Shown here in pieces: positions 8,741-15,968 of a DNA stretch of 37,009 nt (positions within the stretch are counted from its first letter, which is position 1; each line of letters begins with the position of its first letter). The DNA lies in IMG/VR virus record IMGVR_UViG_3300031965_000089, positions 1 to 37,009 of that record; one strand, given 5' to 3'. The translations under genes were made by a program, and so were the position numbers. This DNA is from a virus. Lineage: Duplodnaviria; Caudoviricetes. Under the pieces are notes generated by a model that was given only the letters and a program-made list of their open reading frames with translations, was not told the DNA's origin and made no database searches.

Positions 8741-8986
8741 ATGGCCTACTTCATCGCCCTGCCCTGCGCCGGCTGCGGCGTCATCTTCACGGCCAACCCG
8801 CACCTGGTGCCGGTCGCGGTGGTCAATGGCCACCGCGAGGGCATCTGCCAGAGCTGCGTCGCGCGGGTGAACCCGCTCCGCAAGGAGAAGGGTTTGCCCG
8901 AGATCGTCGTCGCCCCCGGCGCCTATGAAGGCGTGGCCGAGCCTACGGACATTGACTGCAACGAACCGCCTGACGAGGCCGGGTGA
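8741..8986 (+). CDS. Small Zn-finger-like protein (CxxC...CxxC)
   Basis: CAGCG and CQSC motifs; GAGG RBS. The 3' end runs into ribozyme 4. Confidence 0.8.
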   Translation: MAYFIALPCAGCGVIFTANPHLVPVAVVNGHREGICQSCVARVNPLRKEKGLPEIVVAPGAYEGVAEPTDIDCNEPPDEAG

Positions 8987-9046
8987 TCCGCCGGCCGAAA
9001 CGGGACGGGCCGCCCCACCAGGGCGGCCCGCCGTCGCGGAATGATC
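8966..9046 (+). ncRNA. Type I hammerhead ribozyme 4 (GUC, cut after 9035)
   Basis: CCGC-CTGACGA-GGCCGG gtgatccg CCGGCC-GAAA-CGG...CCG-TC-GCGG aatGATC. Confidence 0.9.
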
Positions 9047-9068
9047 CGCAAACTGCACAGAGGAGAGC

Positions 9069-9500
9069 ATGATGCACACCGAGGGTGAAGTCAACCTCGC
9101 CGAAGACCAGGCCTTCTGGGGCCCGATCATCTCCAGCTACAGCCGGGCGCAGGCGCTCGAGGACGGCGTGCTGGTCGCTGTGCCGCAGACGATGGCCGAG
9201 GAAGCCGGATTCAGGCTGCCGGTCACCCTGACCGCCAACGCCTGGGCGGCCTGCGTGGCGTTGCCGCCGGAAGGCGATCGCCACGGCCAGGACGAGGACG
9301 GGCGTCTGTGGGACGTGCTCTGGCTCGCCGGCTTCACGGCACGCCAGCGCCGGCACCGCGACCAGAGCCGCGCCAATTTCAGCGTCTCGGTCTACGACGT
9401 CGAACGCGAGCAGGCGATCGTCACCGAACTGGTCGTCGTCGCCGGTCCCGGCGACGAGGGCGAGCCGGTCATCACCATCATGCGTCCGAACGAAGATTGA
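9069..9500 (+). CDS. DUF6573-like mobile-element protein
   Basis: SYSRAQALEDGVLV, QDEDGRLWDVLW and GPGDEGEPVITIMRPNED are recognisable family motifs; GAGGAGAG RBS. Confidence 0.75.
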   Translation: MMHTEGEVNLAEDQAFWGPIISSYSRAQALEDGVLVAVPQTMAEEAGFRLPVTLTANAWAACVALPPEGDRHGQDEDGRLWDVLWLAGFTARQRRHRDQSRANFSVSVYDVEREQAIVTELVVVAGPGDEGEPVITIMRPNED

Positions 9501-9501
9501 T

Positions 9502-9568
9502 CCCGCCTGACGAGGCCAGGTGACCCCTGGCCGAAACCGGGGCACACTCGCCCCGGTAGCGGGAAGTC
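9502..9568 (+). ncRNA. Type I hammerhead ribozyme 5 (GUA, cut after 9558)
   Basis: CCCGC-CTGACGA-GGCCAGG tgacc CCTGGCC-GAAA-CCGGGGC acactc GCCCCGG-TA-GCGGG aaGTC. Confidence 0.92.
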
Positions 9569-9631
9569 CCGCAACTGCACACCGCGCTGCACGGATTGCA
9601 GCTCATCAAATGCGAAGTCGCAGGAGAGAAC

Positions 9632-9937
9632 ATGGCACGCTACCACATGGACGATGGGACCGTCGTCGACACCAAGAACGCTACCGAAAGCTGGGAGGAG
9701 GAAACCCGCTGGGATGGGAACAACAACGTCAGCGTCGCGACGGGAACCCAATGGGACCATGAGAAGCTGCATCGAAGCCGGAAGGGCCGCTACTGGATCG
9801 AGCAGTGGTCGCAGTGGCAGGGCCGGCTGCCATCAGCGCGCTGGGTAAGCCATCAGATAGCCGCTGCCTGGCTGTTGGCGAACGAGCATGAGATTCCGGC
9901 CGATCTCGTAGACGCGGCTGCCGAGGTCGCCGAATGA
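9632..9937 (+). CDS. Hypothetical protein (Trp-rich, acidic)
   Basis: AGGAGAG RBS; MARYHMDDG...HEKLHRSRKGRYW...WSQWQG. Confidence 0.85.
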   Translation: MARYHMDDGTVVDTKNATESWEEETRWDGNNNVSVATGTQWDHEKLHRSRKGRYWIEQWSQWQGRLPSARWVSHQIAAAWLLANEHEIPADLVDAAAEVAE

Positions 9938-9942
9938 ACAAA

Positions 9943-10021
9943 TCCGCCTGACGAGGCCAGGTGACGCCTGGCCGAAACGAAGGGGCGCCCCATTCGGGCG
10001 CCCTTTTCGTCGCGGGAAGTC
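9943..10021 (+). ncRNA. Type I hammerhead ribozyme 6 (GUC, cut after 10011)
   Basis: TCCGC-CTGACGA-GGCCAGG tgacg CCTGGCC-GAAA-CGAAGGGGCGCCC cattc GGGCGCCCTTTTCG-TC-GCGGG aaGTC. Confidence 0.92.
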
Positions 10022-10047
10022 CCGCAGACTGCACAAGGGGGCCAAGC

Positions 10048-10962
10048 ATGACAGTGTTGAAGACCCATATCAGTTGGACGGACTCGACGTGGAATCCGAC
10101 CGTCGGCTGCACGAAGGTCTCGGCCGGCTGCGACAATTGCTACGCCGAGGCCATCGTCCGCCGGCAGGGTCTCGATTTCGCGACGGTCCGCACCTTTCCC
10201 GCCCGCCTCGCCACCGGCCTGGGCTTCGGCCCGGTCGCCGGCGAGGATGGGCGGCCGCGACCTCGCCTCGTCTTCGTCAACTCGATGAGCGACTTGTTTC
10301 ACGAGCAGATCGGCGAAGGCTTCCGCGGCGAGATTTTCGACACCATCGACCACAACAGCCGGACCATCTTCCAGGTCCTGACCAAGCGGCCGATGACCAT
10401 GGCGCGGGTGATCGAGCAGAGATACGCCGCGGCCGGAGTGCCGCGTCATCTTTGGCTCGGCGTCTCGGCCGAGGACAACCGGGTCAAGGGCCGCCTCGAC
10501 CAGCTCCGGCGCTTGAAGGAGCGGGTCGGGAATTTCACGGCCTTCGTCTCGGTCGAGCCGCTCATCGGCCCGGTCGATCGCCACGACTACACCGGCCTCG
10601 ACTGGGTGCTGATCGGTGGCGAGTCGATCCAGATGGGGCGCTGGCGCAAGATGGACATCGACTGGGCCCGACAGGCCCGCGACCAGGCGCGGGCCGCCGG
10701 CGCCGCCATCTGGTTCAAGCAGTTCGGCATGTGGCAGAACAACCCGCTCTACCGCCAGGCGCCGGCCGGTCGCCATTGGGAGAAGGTTCGCTGGTGCATC
10801 GCGAATGGCGAATGCCAGGCCCGGCTCGTGACCGATTGCACGACCGGCAAGGTCAGGATCGAAGGAGAGAAGGGCGGGGCGACGCTCGACGACGAGGTCC
10901 TGCACGAGCTCCCACCCGCCTATCATGCGCTGCGCCAGGAGTTGCTCCGCACGATGCTTTGA
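10048..10962 (+). CDS. Phage Gp37/Gp68 (DUF5131) three-Cys radical-SAM-like protein
   Basis: ISWTDSTWNPTVGCTKVSAGCDNCYA, FVNSMSDLFH, QVLTKR, SVEPL, WVLIGGES and FKQFG. Confidence 0.93.
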   Translation: MTVLKTHISWTDSTWNPTVGCTKVSAGCDNCYAEAIVRRQGLDFATVRTFPARLATGLGFGPVAGEDGRPRPRLVFVNSMSDLFHEQIGEGFRGEIFDTIDHNSRTIFQVLTKRPMTMARVIEQRYAAAGVPRHLWLGVSAEDNRVKGRLDQLRRLKERVGNFTAFVSVEPLIGPVDRHDYTGLDWVLIGGESIQMGRWRKMDIDWARQARDQARAAGAAIWFKQFGMWQNNPLYRQAPAGRHWEKVRWCIANGECQARLVTDCTTGKVRIEGEKGGATLDDEVLHELPPAYHALRQELLRTML

Positions 10963-10992
10963 CATATCTCGCGCTCGAGCACTGAGCGGAAC

Positions 10993-11643
10993 TCAAGCCC
11001 GCCGGCCTCCCGCCGGCGGGCTCTTCTTTTCACCGACGAAGACCAGGCCGAGATAGCGCACCGCGGCGCCGGTCTTGCCCTTGGCCTCCCAGCGATCCGC
11101 CAGCCGACAGCACATGGCCATGGCCAGGCGCCGCAATGCCCGCCCGATGATTTCGCCATGCAAGGCGGCGCCGCCGGAGGGCGTGCCTTCGAGGCCGGCG
11201 ATCCACAGCAGCGCACGCGGATAGCCGCCCATCTTCAGCTTGAGACCCGAGCCTTCGGTCAGCACCAGGCCGACCCTTTCGCCCGGCGCCACCAGCCGAC
11301 GGCTGGCGACGATCCACGCCTGCTCCCACGGCGAACCATGGGCGTCGAGGTCGAATATCGAATAGGGCTGCAAGTCGATCGCCCGCAGCACGCGGCGATT
11401 GTCAGCGACAAAGGCCAAGCGGTCGTCGCGGCTCCATAGCAGGTCGCAGCCGCAATAGCCCGGCGCCTCGCGCCAGACGCGGCGATACATGACCCCGGCG
11501 CCGGCGAAGGCGTCGAACACCTGGCCCCCGACCGCCTGGAGGACGAGCCGCCGGACCGCGACCTTTGCCTCGTGGTGTTCGGCTGCATTGTGCACCTTGG
11601 CCGTCTTGCGGATGGCGGTGCTAAATCGACTGCGTGGTGCCAA
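10993..11643 (-). CDS. SAM-dependent methyltransferase-fold protein (start uncertain)
   Basis: VFDAFAGAGVM (motif I) and FDLDAHGSPW. Confidence 0.7.
   Translation of the reverse strand: MAPRSRFSTAIRKTAKVHNAAEHHEAKVAVRRLVLQAVGGQVFDAFAGAGVMYRRVWREAPGYCGCDLLWSRDDRLAFVADNRRVLRAIDLQPYSIFDLDAHGSPWEQAWIVASRRLVAPGERVGLVLTEGSGLKLKMGGYPRALLWIAGLEGTPSGGAALHGEIIGRALRRLAMAMCCRLADRWEAKGKTGAAVRYLGLVFVGEKKSPPAGGRRA
10996..11030 (+). terminator. Rho-independent terminator closing the ribozyme operon
   Basis: AGCCCGCCGGC ctccc GCCGGCGGGCT stem followed by CTTCTTTT. Confidence 0.75.
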
Positions 11644-12214
11644 GCTCGACCTCGACCATCGGATAGTCCTTCATGAGCAGCTTGATCTTTTGCAGGACCT
11701 GGGCCTGGTCCTTGAGCGGCCCACGCACCGAGACCCAAAACCGATCTTCGACCGGGGCCGTCTCGATGCGCTCGACCGAAATCTCCGCCGGCTCGAGCTC
11801 CGCCAGATCGAAGCCGGCGAGCCCCGTGTCGAGGCCGAGCGCCTGCAATTCCTCGAGCTCTGCGGTGAGGAGGGCCGGATCCCACTCGCCGAGCTCGCCC
11901 AGCCGATTGTCGGCCAGCACGTAGAGCCGTTTCTGCTCTTCGCTCAAATGGCCGAGCTCTATGGTCGGCACCCTCTCCATGCCGAGCTGGCGCGCCGCCA
12001 GCAATCGGCCATGCCCAGCGATGACGCCGGCGGCGCCGTCGACCAGGACCGGAGCATTGAAGCCGAACTCGCGGATCGAGGCCGCGATCTTCGCGATCTG
12101 CTCCGCCGAATGCTTGCGCGGATTGCGCGCGTTCGGGATCAGCTCGGCGACGGGCCGATAGACGATAGCAAGCTCGGCTGCTGGCCGAGCTCGCTTGGGC
12201 TTGGCTCTGGACAT
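11621..12214 (-). CDS. ParB/Srx N-terminal domain protein
   Basis: LIPNARNPRKHSAEQIAKIAASIREFGF, IAGHGRLLAA and LADNRL; AGAGG RBS. Confidence 0.9.
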   Translation of the reverse strand: MSRAKPKRARPAAELAIVYRPVAELIPNARNPRKHSAEQIAKIAASIREFGFNAPVLVDGAAGVIAGHGRLLAARQLGMERVPTIELGHLSEEQKRLYVLADNRLGELGEWDPALLTAELEELQALGLDTGLAGFDLAELEPAEISVERIETAPVEDRFWVSVRGPLKDQAQVLQKIKLLMKDYPMVEVELGTTQSI

Positions 12215-12780
12215 CCTCTTTCTCCGGCTGCGCCATCGAGCTCGTCGCCCCAGGCCTGCCAGCCTGGCCGTCGCCGGCGCGCGAACAATTCGACATAGGG
12301 GCCATCGAACATGCGCTCGAGCATCACATGCAGCGCTTCCGGCTTTTCGGAGTGGCGGCCAGCGGGCGCCACGATCAGATTGCGCTCCGACCGGCTGCGT
12401 TGGCTGGGCGACCCGATCTTGCCGATGAGGAAGAGCTCGGCGGCACTGCGCAGCACATAGCCGGGGCCGAACTGCCAGCTCCCGCCCCCCTTCGAGCGCT
12501 TGGCCCAGGGACCGCCGGTCACATAACGGAAACCCCAGGTTTCCATCACGGCCAGCGCCTCCTTGAGCATCGGGAAGGTGGCCCACAGCGCGAGCACCGC
12601 CGGCGCCGAGGCCAGGTGACCGACCGGGAGCGCCGCGATCTCGTCCGTCGCCATCGTCCGATAATGCGCCTGCGGCGACTTCGCCTCGCCCTTTTGCGAG
12701 TACAGCTCGAACTGCCAGGGCGGATCGGCCAGGATCACCCGGTAGCCGAAGGGCCGAAGCCCGCCAAACGGCCATTTCAT
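12139..12780 (-). CDS. MT-A70 family adenine methyltransferase
   Basis: ILADPPW, HYRTM, LALWAT, WGFRY, HSEKP, ELFAR and WQAWGDE. Confidence 0.92.
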   Translation of the reverse strand: MKWPFGGLRPFGYRVILADPPWQFELYSQKGEAKSPQAHYRTMATDEIAALPVGHLASAPAVLALWATFPMLKEALAVMETWGFRYVTGGPWAKRSKGGGSWQFGPGYVLRSAAELFLIGKIGSPSQRSRSERNLIVAPAGRHSEKPEALHVMLERMFDGPYVELFARRRRPGWQAWGDELDGAAGERGCPEPSPSELGQQPSLLSSIGPSPS

Positions 12781-12784
12781 CCTC

Positions 12785-12875
12785 TAGACCCCCCCTATCG
12801 AAACCTGCGGGCGCGCTCGCAAAGCTACCGCCGCCGGTCCACGGGCGGGGGCGGAAACTTTTTACTCCCCCCCCT
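12785..12875. other. Probable cos/packaging region
   Basis: Non-coding gap immediately after the HNH gene, bounded by G-runs on the minus strand with a central GACCGGCGGCGG. Based on position in HK97-like phages (inference). Confidence 0.4.
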
Positions 12876-13224
12876 GCCCCTCAGCGCGCGCGGCCGCCGC
12901 GTCGGCGCGAGTCTTGGCGCGGTGATGGGCGCGGCAGAGCGGCTGCAGGTTCGTGGGATCATCGCTGCCGCCCGCTGCCTTGGGCACGATGTGGTCGAGC
13001 TCGGCGGCGAGCCGCGTGATGCCGGCCGCCTCGCACAACCGGCAGAGTGGCAGATGGCCGAGGATCAAAGCCCGGGTTCGTCGCCAGCGACGATCGTAAC
13101 CGCGCGCCGCGGCCGAGCGCTCATGGCGCCAAGGCGCCGGCTTGTGCCGCTCGCAGTAGCCGCCGCCGCGCACGACGGCCGGGCAGCCCGGGCGCGGGCA
13201 AGGTCTGAGTGGAAGGTCAGGCAT
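12862..13224 (-). CDS. HNH endonuclease (packaging-associated, HK97 gp74-like)
   Basis: RGYDRRW, LCRLC, LDHIVP and NLQPLCRAHHRAKT. Confidence 0.93.
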   Translation of the reverse strand: MPDLPLRPCPRPGCPAVVRGGGYCERHKPAPWRHERSAAARGYDRRWRRTRALILGHLPLCRLCEAAGITRLAAELDHIVPKAAGGSDDPTNLQPLCRAHHRAKTRADAAAARAEGQGGE

Positions 13225-13471
13225 GGTCGAAGCGCGCTCCCGGGAAGAGGACCCCCTGTCGCGTCGGCACACGCGTTCGCGCGCACAGCTTCACGGCCGC
13301 ACGCGCGGCTTGCAGGCGGCCATAATGATCGGCGCACCACCAGGTCGAGCGGCTCTGCTTCAAGTCAAGCACCAGCGCACGGGCGGTGCGCAACGGGGGC
13401 GGCGACTCACCGAAGCAACCAAAAGCCCGGCAGCCTGGCCAGACGCAGCGGAAGTCAGCGGCGTTTGACAA
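13217..13471 (-). CDS. Hypothetical Cys/His protein
   Basis: CVWPGC...FGCFG...WWCADH; fills the gap in the operon. A TTG start is assumed. Confidence 0.5.
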   Translation of the reverse strand: MSNAADFRCVWPGCRAFGCFGESPPPLRTARALVLDLKQSRSTWWCADHYGRLQAARAAVKLCARTRVPTRQGVLFPGARFDHA

Positions 13472-13709
13472 AGATCTCGGTTCCCTGATCTTCGGCCTCC
13501 CCGACGAGCTCGGCCGCCGCATGCAGCAGCGCCTGGCAAGCGGCGCCTCTGCTGGTCGGAGCAACGGCCACCTCGCCCGTCGGCCGATCGAGCACGAGGA
13601 TGACGAGCTCATGCTCCGGGCCGAGCTCGGCCGCGCACGATTGCATCAAACGGGTCGCCAGCCCTGCCACGGCCGCTTGCGCCCTCAGGCGGGCCATCGT
13701 GTCGCTCAT
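13455..13709 (-). CDS. Hypothetical protein
   Basis: AAGGAGG RBS and ATGA overlap with the upstream gene. Confidence 0.7.
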   Translation of the reverse strand: MSDTMARLRAQAAVAGLATRLMQSCAAELGPEHELVILVLDRPTGEVAVAPTSRGAACQALLHAAAELVGEAEDQGTEIFVKRR

Positions 13710-14311
13710 GCCGCCGCCTCCTTGCGCGCCGCGGCCCGCGCCGCCTCGATCGCAAGATTGGCGTCGACCGCCTCGGGGCCGGCGCCGCCGCACGCCTTCA
13801 TGCGCTGCTTCCAGGCGGCCTCGGCTATCGCCAGCGGCGCATCGGGCAGCACGCCCAAGACGACCCACCAGGGCCAATCATCCGCCCGGTTGGCGACGTC
13901 GCCGGCCCTCGGCGCCGGCAGGGCGATGAAGGCGGCGAGCGTCCGCTTCAATATCTGCCCGGCGCCCCAGCGCTCGATGCCGCGCATCGCCTCGACGGTC
14001 TTGGCCAGCGCCTGCACGTTATGCGCGACATGATTGTAGCGGTCGCAGGCAATGACGCGCTGCTCGCCCTGGGCCCGAAACCACACGGCGGCGCCCGGAT
14101 CGTCCGGATCGCCTTCGGCATAGGGCAGGCCATCGCGCCGCAGCGGAACATTGGTCGACAGGATCGCCTCGCCGCCGCCGAACAGGCGCAGCTCGTAATA
14201 GAGCGCCTGGCAGGCGCGATGCAGCCCCGTCTTGAACTTGGCGGCCTGGCGCGCGCGCGGGTCGCCGCGCGACCAGTCTTCCGGCCACTGCAAGGGATAC
14301 TTGTTCGGCAT
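13706..14311 (-). CDS. Phage protein with a degenerate C-terminal J-domain
   Basis: YPLQWPEDW, LSTNVPLRRDGLP, DPGAAVWF, ACDRY, MRGIERWG and WWVVLGV. The HPD motif is absent. Confidence 0.8.
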   Translation of the reverse strand: MPNKYPLQWPEDWSRGDPRARQAAKFKTGLHRACQALYYELRLFGGGEAILSTNVPLRRDGLPYAEGDPDDPGAAVWFRAQGEQRVIACDRYNHVAHNVQALAKTVEAMRGIERWGAGQILKRTLAAFIALPAPRAGDVANRADDWPWWVVLGVLPDAPLAIAEAAWKQRMKACGGAGPEAVDANLAIEAARAAARKEAAA

Positions 14312-14332
14312 GGTCAGTCCTCCCTTCTATTT

Positions 14333-14378
14333 CGCCGCGCGCGATCAGCCGCCACTCCAACCCTGATCGCGCGCGGCG
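14333..14378. repeat. 16-bp intergenic hairpin whose 14-nt loop is identical to the loop at 19659-19672
   Basis: CGCCGCGCGCGATCAG ccgccactccaacc CTGATCGCGCGCGGCG. Confidence 0.85.
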
Positions 14379-14416
14379 GCATCCACCGCCGCGCGTCCGC
14401 GGCGGCCTCGGCACGG

Positions 14417-14707
14417 TCAATTCTTGCTCAATGGCAGTACGGCGCTGCCCTCGATTGTGATCTTAATTCTCCCTTCTTCTTTTGCTCTGTGACTAAGATC
14501 GCCGCCTTCGGCCTGGATCGGAGGCGCTTTCGAGATCCGTTCGAGGCGGGGCGCGTCAAACCAAACTTCCTCGACTGGTCTATTATCTTTCAACACAGTC
14601 GACTGAACGGCGAAGCGAAGGAGACCATGGAGCCATTCGCTGCGAGCGATTGCCACGCCTTCGAATCCAGTAATCATATCCCGTACTCGGCTGCCGAGTT
14701 CGATCAT
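14417..14707 (-). CDS. Conserved phage hypothetical protein
   Basis: GAGGAG RBS; MIELGSRVRDMITGFEGVAIARSEWLHG...WFDAPRL. Confidence 0.8.
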   Translation of the reverse strand: MIELGSRVRDMITGFEGVAIARSEWLHGLLRFAVQSTVLKDNRPVEEVWFDAPRLERISKAPPIQAEGGDLSHRAKEEGRIKITIEGSAVLPLSKN

Positions 14708-15423
14708 TACTTGTCTCCTCTTGTCATGTGTTGCGAAAAACCATCCGCCGCCGCGCGGCCGCGGCGGCGGGTCCAGTAATCGTGACGGATCAGCGTCGAG
14801 AGCAGCAGCCAGTCGGCGAGCGGACCGCGCGCCTTGGCGCCCCGCCGCACGCGCCAGCCGCCTGGGCGGCGTTCGATCAGCCCGACTCCTGCCGGCAATT
14901 CCTGGGCCGCCACGAGATCGGCCGGCGTCGCGAAGAAGAACTTGGTCGCCAGCTCGGCATAGCCGCGCCACTTGGCGCTGCGCAGCTCCTTCATCAGATC
15001 GCCGCGGCCGACCTTGATCTCGTAGATGCTGGTCGCCGGCGCCGTCTCGAAGCCGGCCGGCCGCCAGATCGCCACGACGTCGGCGACGATCCCCCACTCC
15101 AGGCTCCAGGTGCGCCGCCGCTGCAGCTCGAGGTAGCGCAGGCTGTTGAGCCGGACCCCCTGCCAGGTGATCAGGTCCTGCACGCGCGAGAGATAGAGCG
15201 CCAGATCGCGGGCGAGCCCATCGTGATCGGCCGGCATCGTCGGCGCCTCGCCGTCGGACCAGGGCGAGGCCGGGCGCGCCTGTTCCAGCAGGTCGACGAA
15301 ATGGCGATTGAGGACGATCGAGGCGGTCGCCCGATTGACGAAGCGCGCGCCGGCGGCGCTCATCAGCTCCTCGAGCGCCCGCTCGCCGAAGGCCGCCACG
15401 CTCGCAATCTTGATCGCGGTCAT
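14707..15423 (-). CDS. MmcB-like PD-(D/E)xK nuclease
   Basis: ADVVA...YEIKVGRGDL...KWRGY...FFFATP...ELPAGVGL. Confidence 0.75.
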   Translation of the reverse strand: MTAIKIASVAAFGERALEELMSAAGARFVNRATASIVLNRHFVDLLEQARPASPWSDGEAPTMPADHDGLARDLALYLSRVQDLITWQGVRLNSLRYLELQRRRTWSLEWGIVADVVAIWRPAGFETAPATSIYEIKVGRGDLMKELRSAKWRGYAELATKFFFATPADLVAAQELPAGVGLIERRPGGWRVRRGAKARGPLADWLLLSTLIRHDYWTRRRGRAAADGFSQHMTRGDK

Positions 15424-15968
15424 GCCATTTTTCGCGCAACAGTGAAACTTAATGCCACGACCTCGGGATTCCGCTTCCACGCGCCTAGCCCATTAACCAC
15501 CTCCCAGAGTCGAGCGAACATCTGACGTTCGGACCAGGCGGCTTGGGCCAGCGTGCCGCCAAGATCGCGCAGGGACGGCTCCTGCATCCCTTCGGCCTCG
15601 GCATCTTCTTCGCTAATATCTTGCAAGCGCTCGAAGCGAACTTCGGTCACGCCGAGCGTCAGTCGCGACGCCGAACGCGGCATTAAAACCGCCGAAAGCC
15701 AGCGAGGCGCGGTCGCAACGTCGCTCGCACTTTCTGTCCAATCCGCGCGATAGGCGGGCGCATCGTCAGCAAAATAACGGGGCACGAATGGCTCCTTTAC
15801 CCAGAGCCGATCACCCGCCCTGACCCTTTGCCAGATGGTCGGATAGAAACATCCCGGTGTTGTCGTTTCGCGATCTTGCCATCGCAGCTTCCGCATCTGC
15901 GTCTTCCGGCCAGCGAGCAATGCGCGGATCATCGGCGTCGAGAAGAACATCACCGGATACTCCGTCAT
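15420..15968 (-). CDS. ASCH/PUA-like phage protein
   Basis: FSTPMIRALLAGRKTQMR, GDRLWVKE, MPRSASRLTL, ERLQDISEEDAEAEG and NPEV. Confidence 0.85.
   Translation of the reverse strand: MTEYPVMFFSTPMIRALLAGRKTQMRKLRWQDRETTTPGCFYPTIWQRVRAGDRLWVKEPFVPRYFADDAPAYRADWTESASDVATAPRWLSAVLMPRSASRLTLGVTEVRFERLQDISEEDAEAEGMQEPSLRDLGGTLAQAAWSERQMFARLWEVVNGLGAWKRNPEVVALSFTVARKMA

Noticed and set aside
6557-9130. 857-aa minus-strand ORF and other long antisense ORFs (116-1201, 1962-3866, 4014-5786, 26011-27840, 29921-31975)
   Set aside because: Shadow ORFs caused by high GC and codon bias, lying opposite genes with recognisable motifs and RBSs.
9559-9572. GCGGGAAGTCCCGC hairpins as additional repressor operators
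   Set aside because: They resemble CGGGAAATTTCCCG, but the half-site spacing is shorter and varies between copies. RNA pairing with stem I and loop II explains them.
6721-10047. Repeats as a CRISPR array, integron attC sites or simple terminators
   Set aside because: The spacers are whole genes, no cas or integron integrase gene is present, and there are no U-tracts. The conserved positions match the hammerhead core exactly.
6721-10047. Retrozyme, retron or DGR system
   Set aside because: No reverse transcriptase and no template/variable repeat pair is visible in the window.
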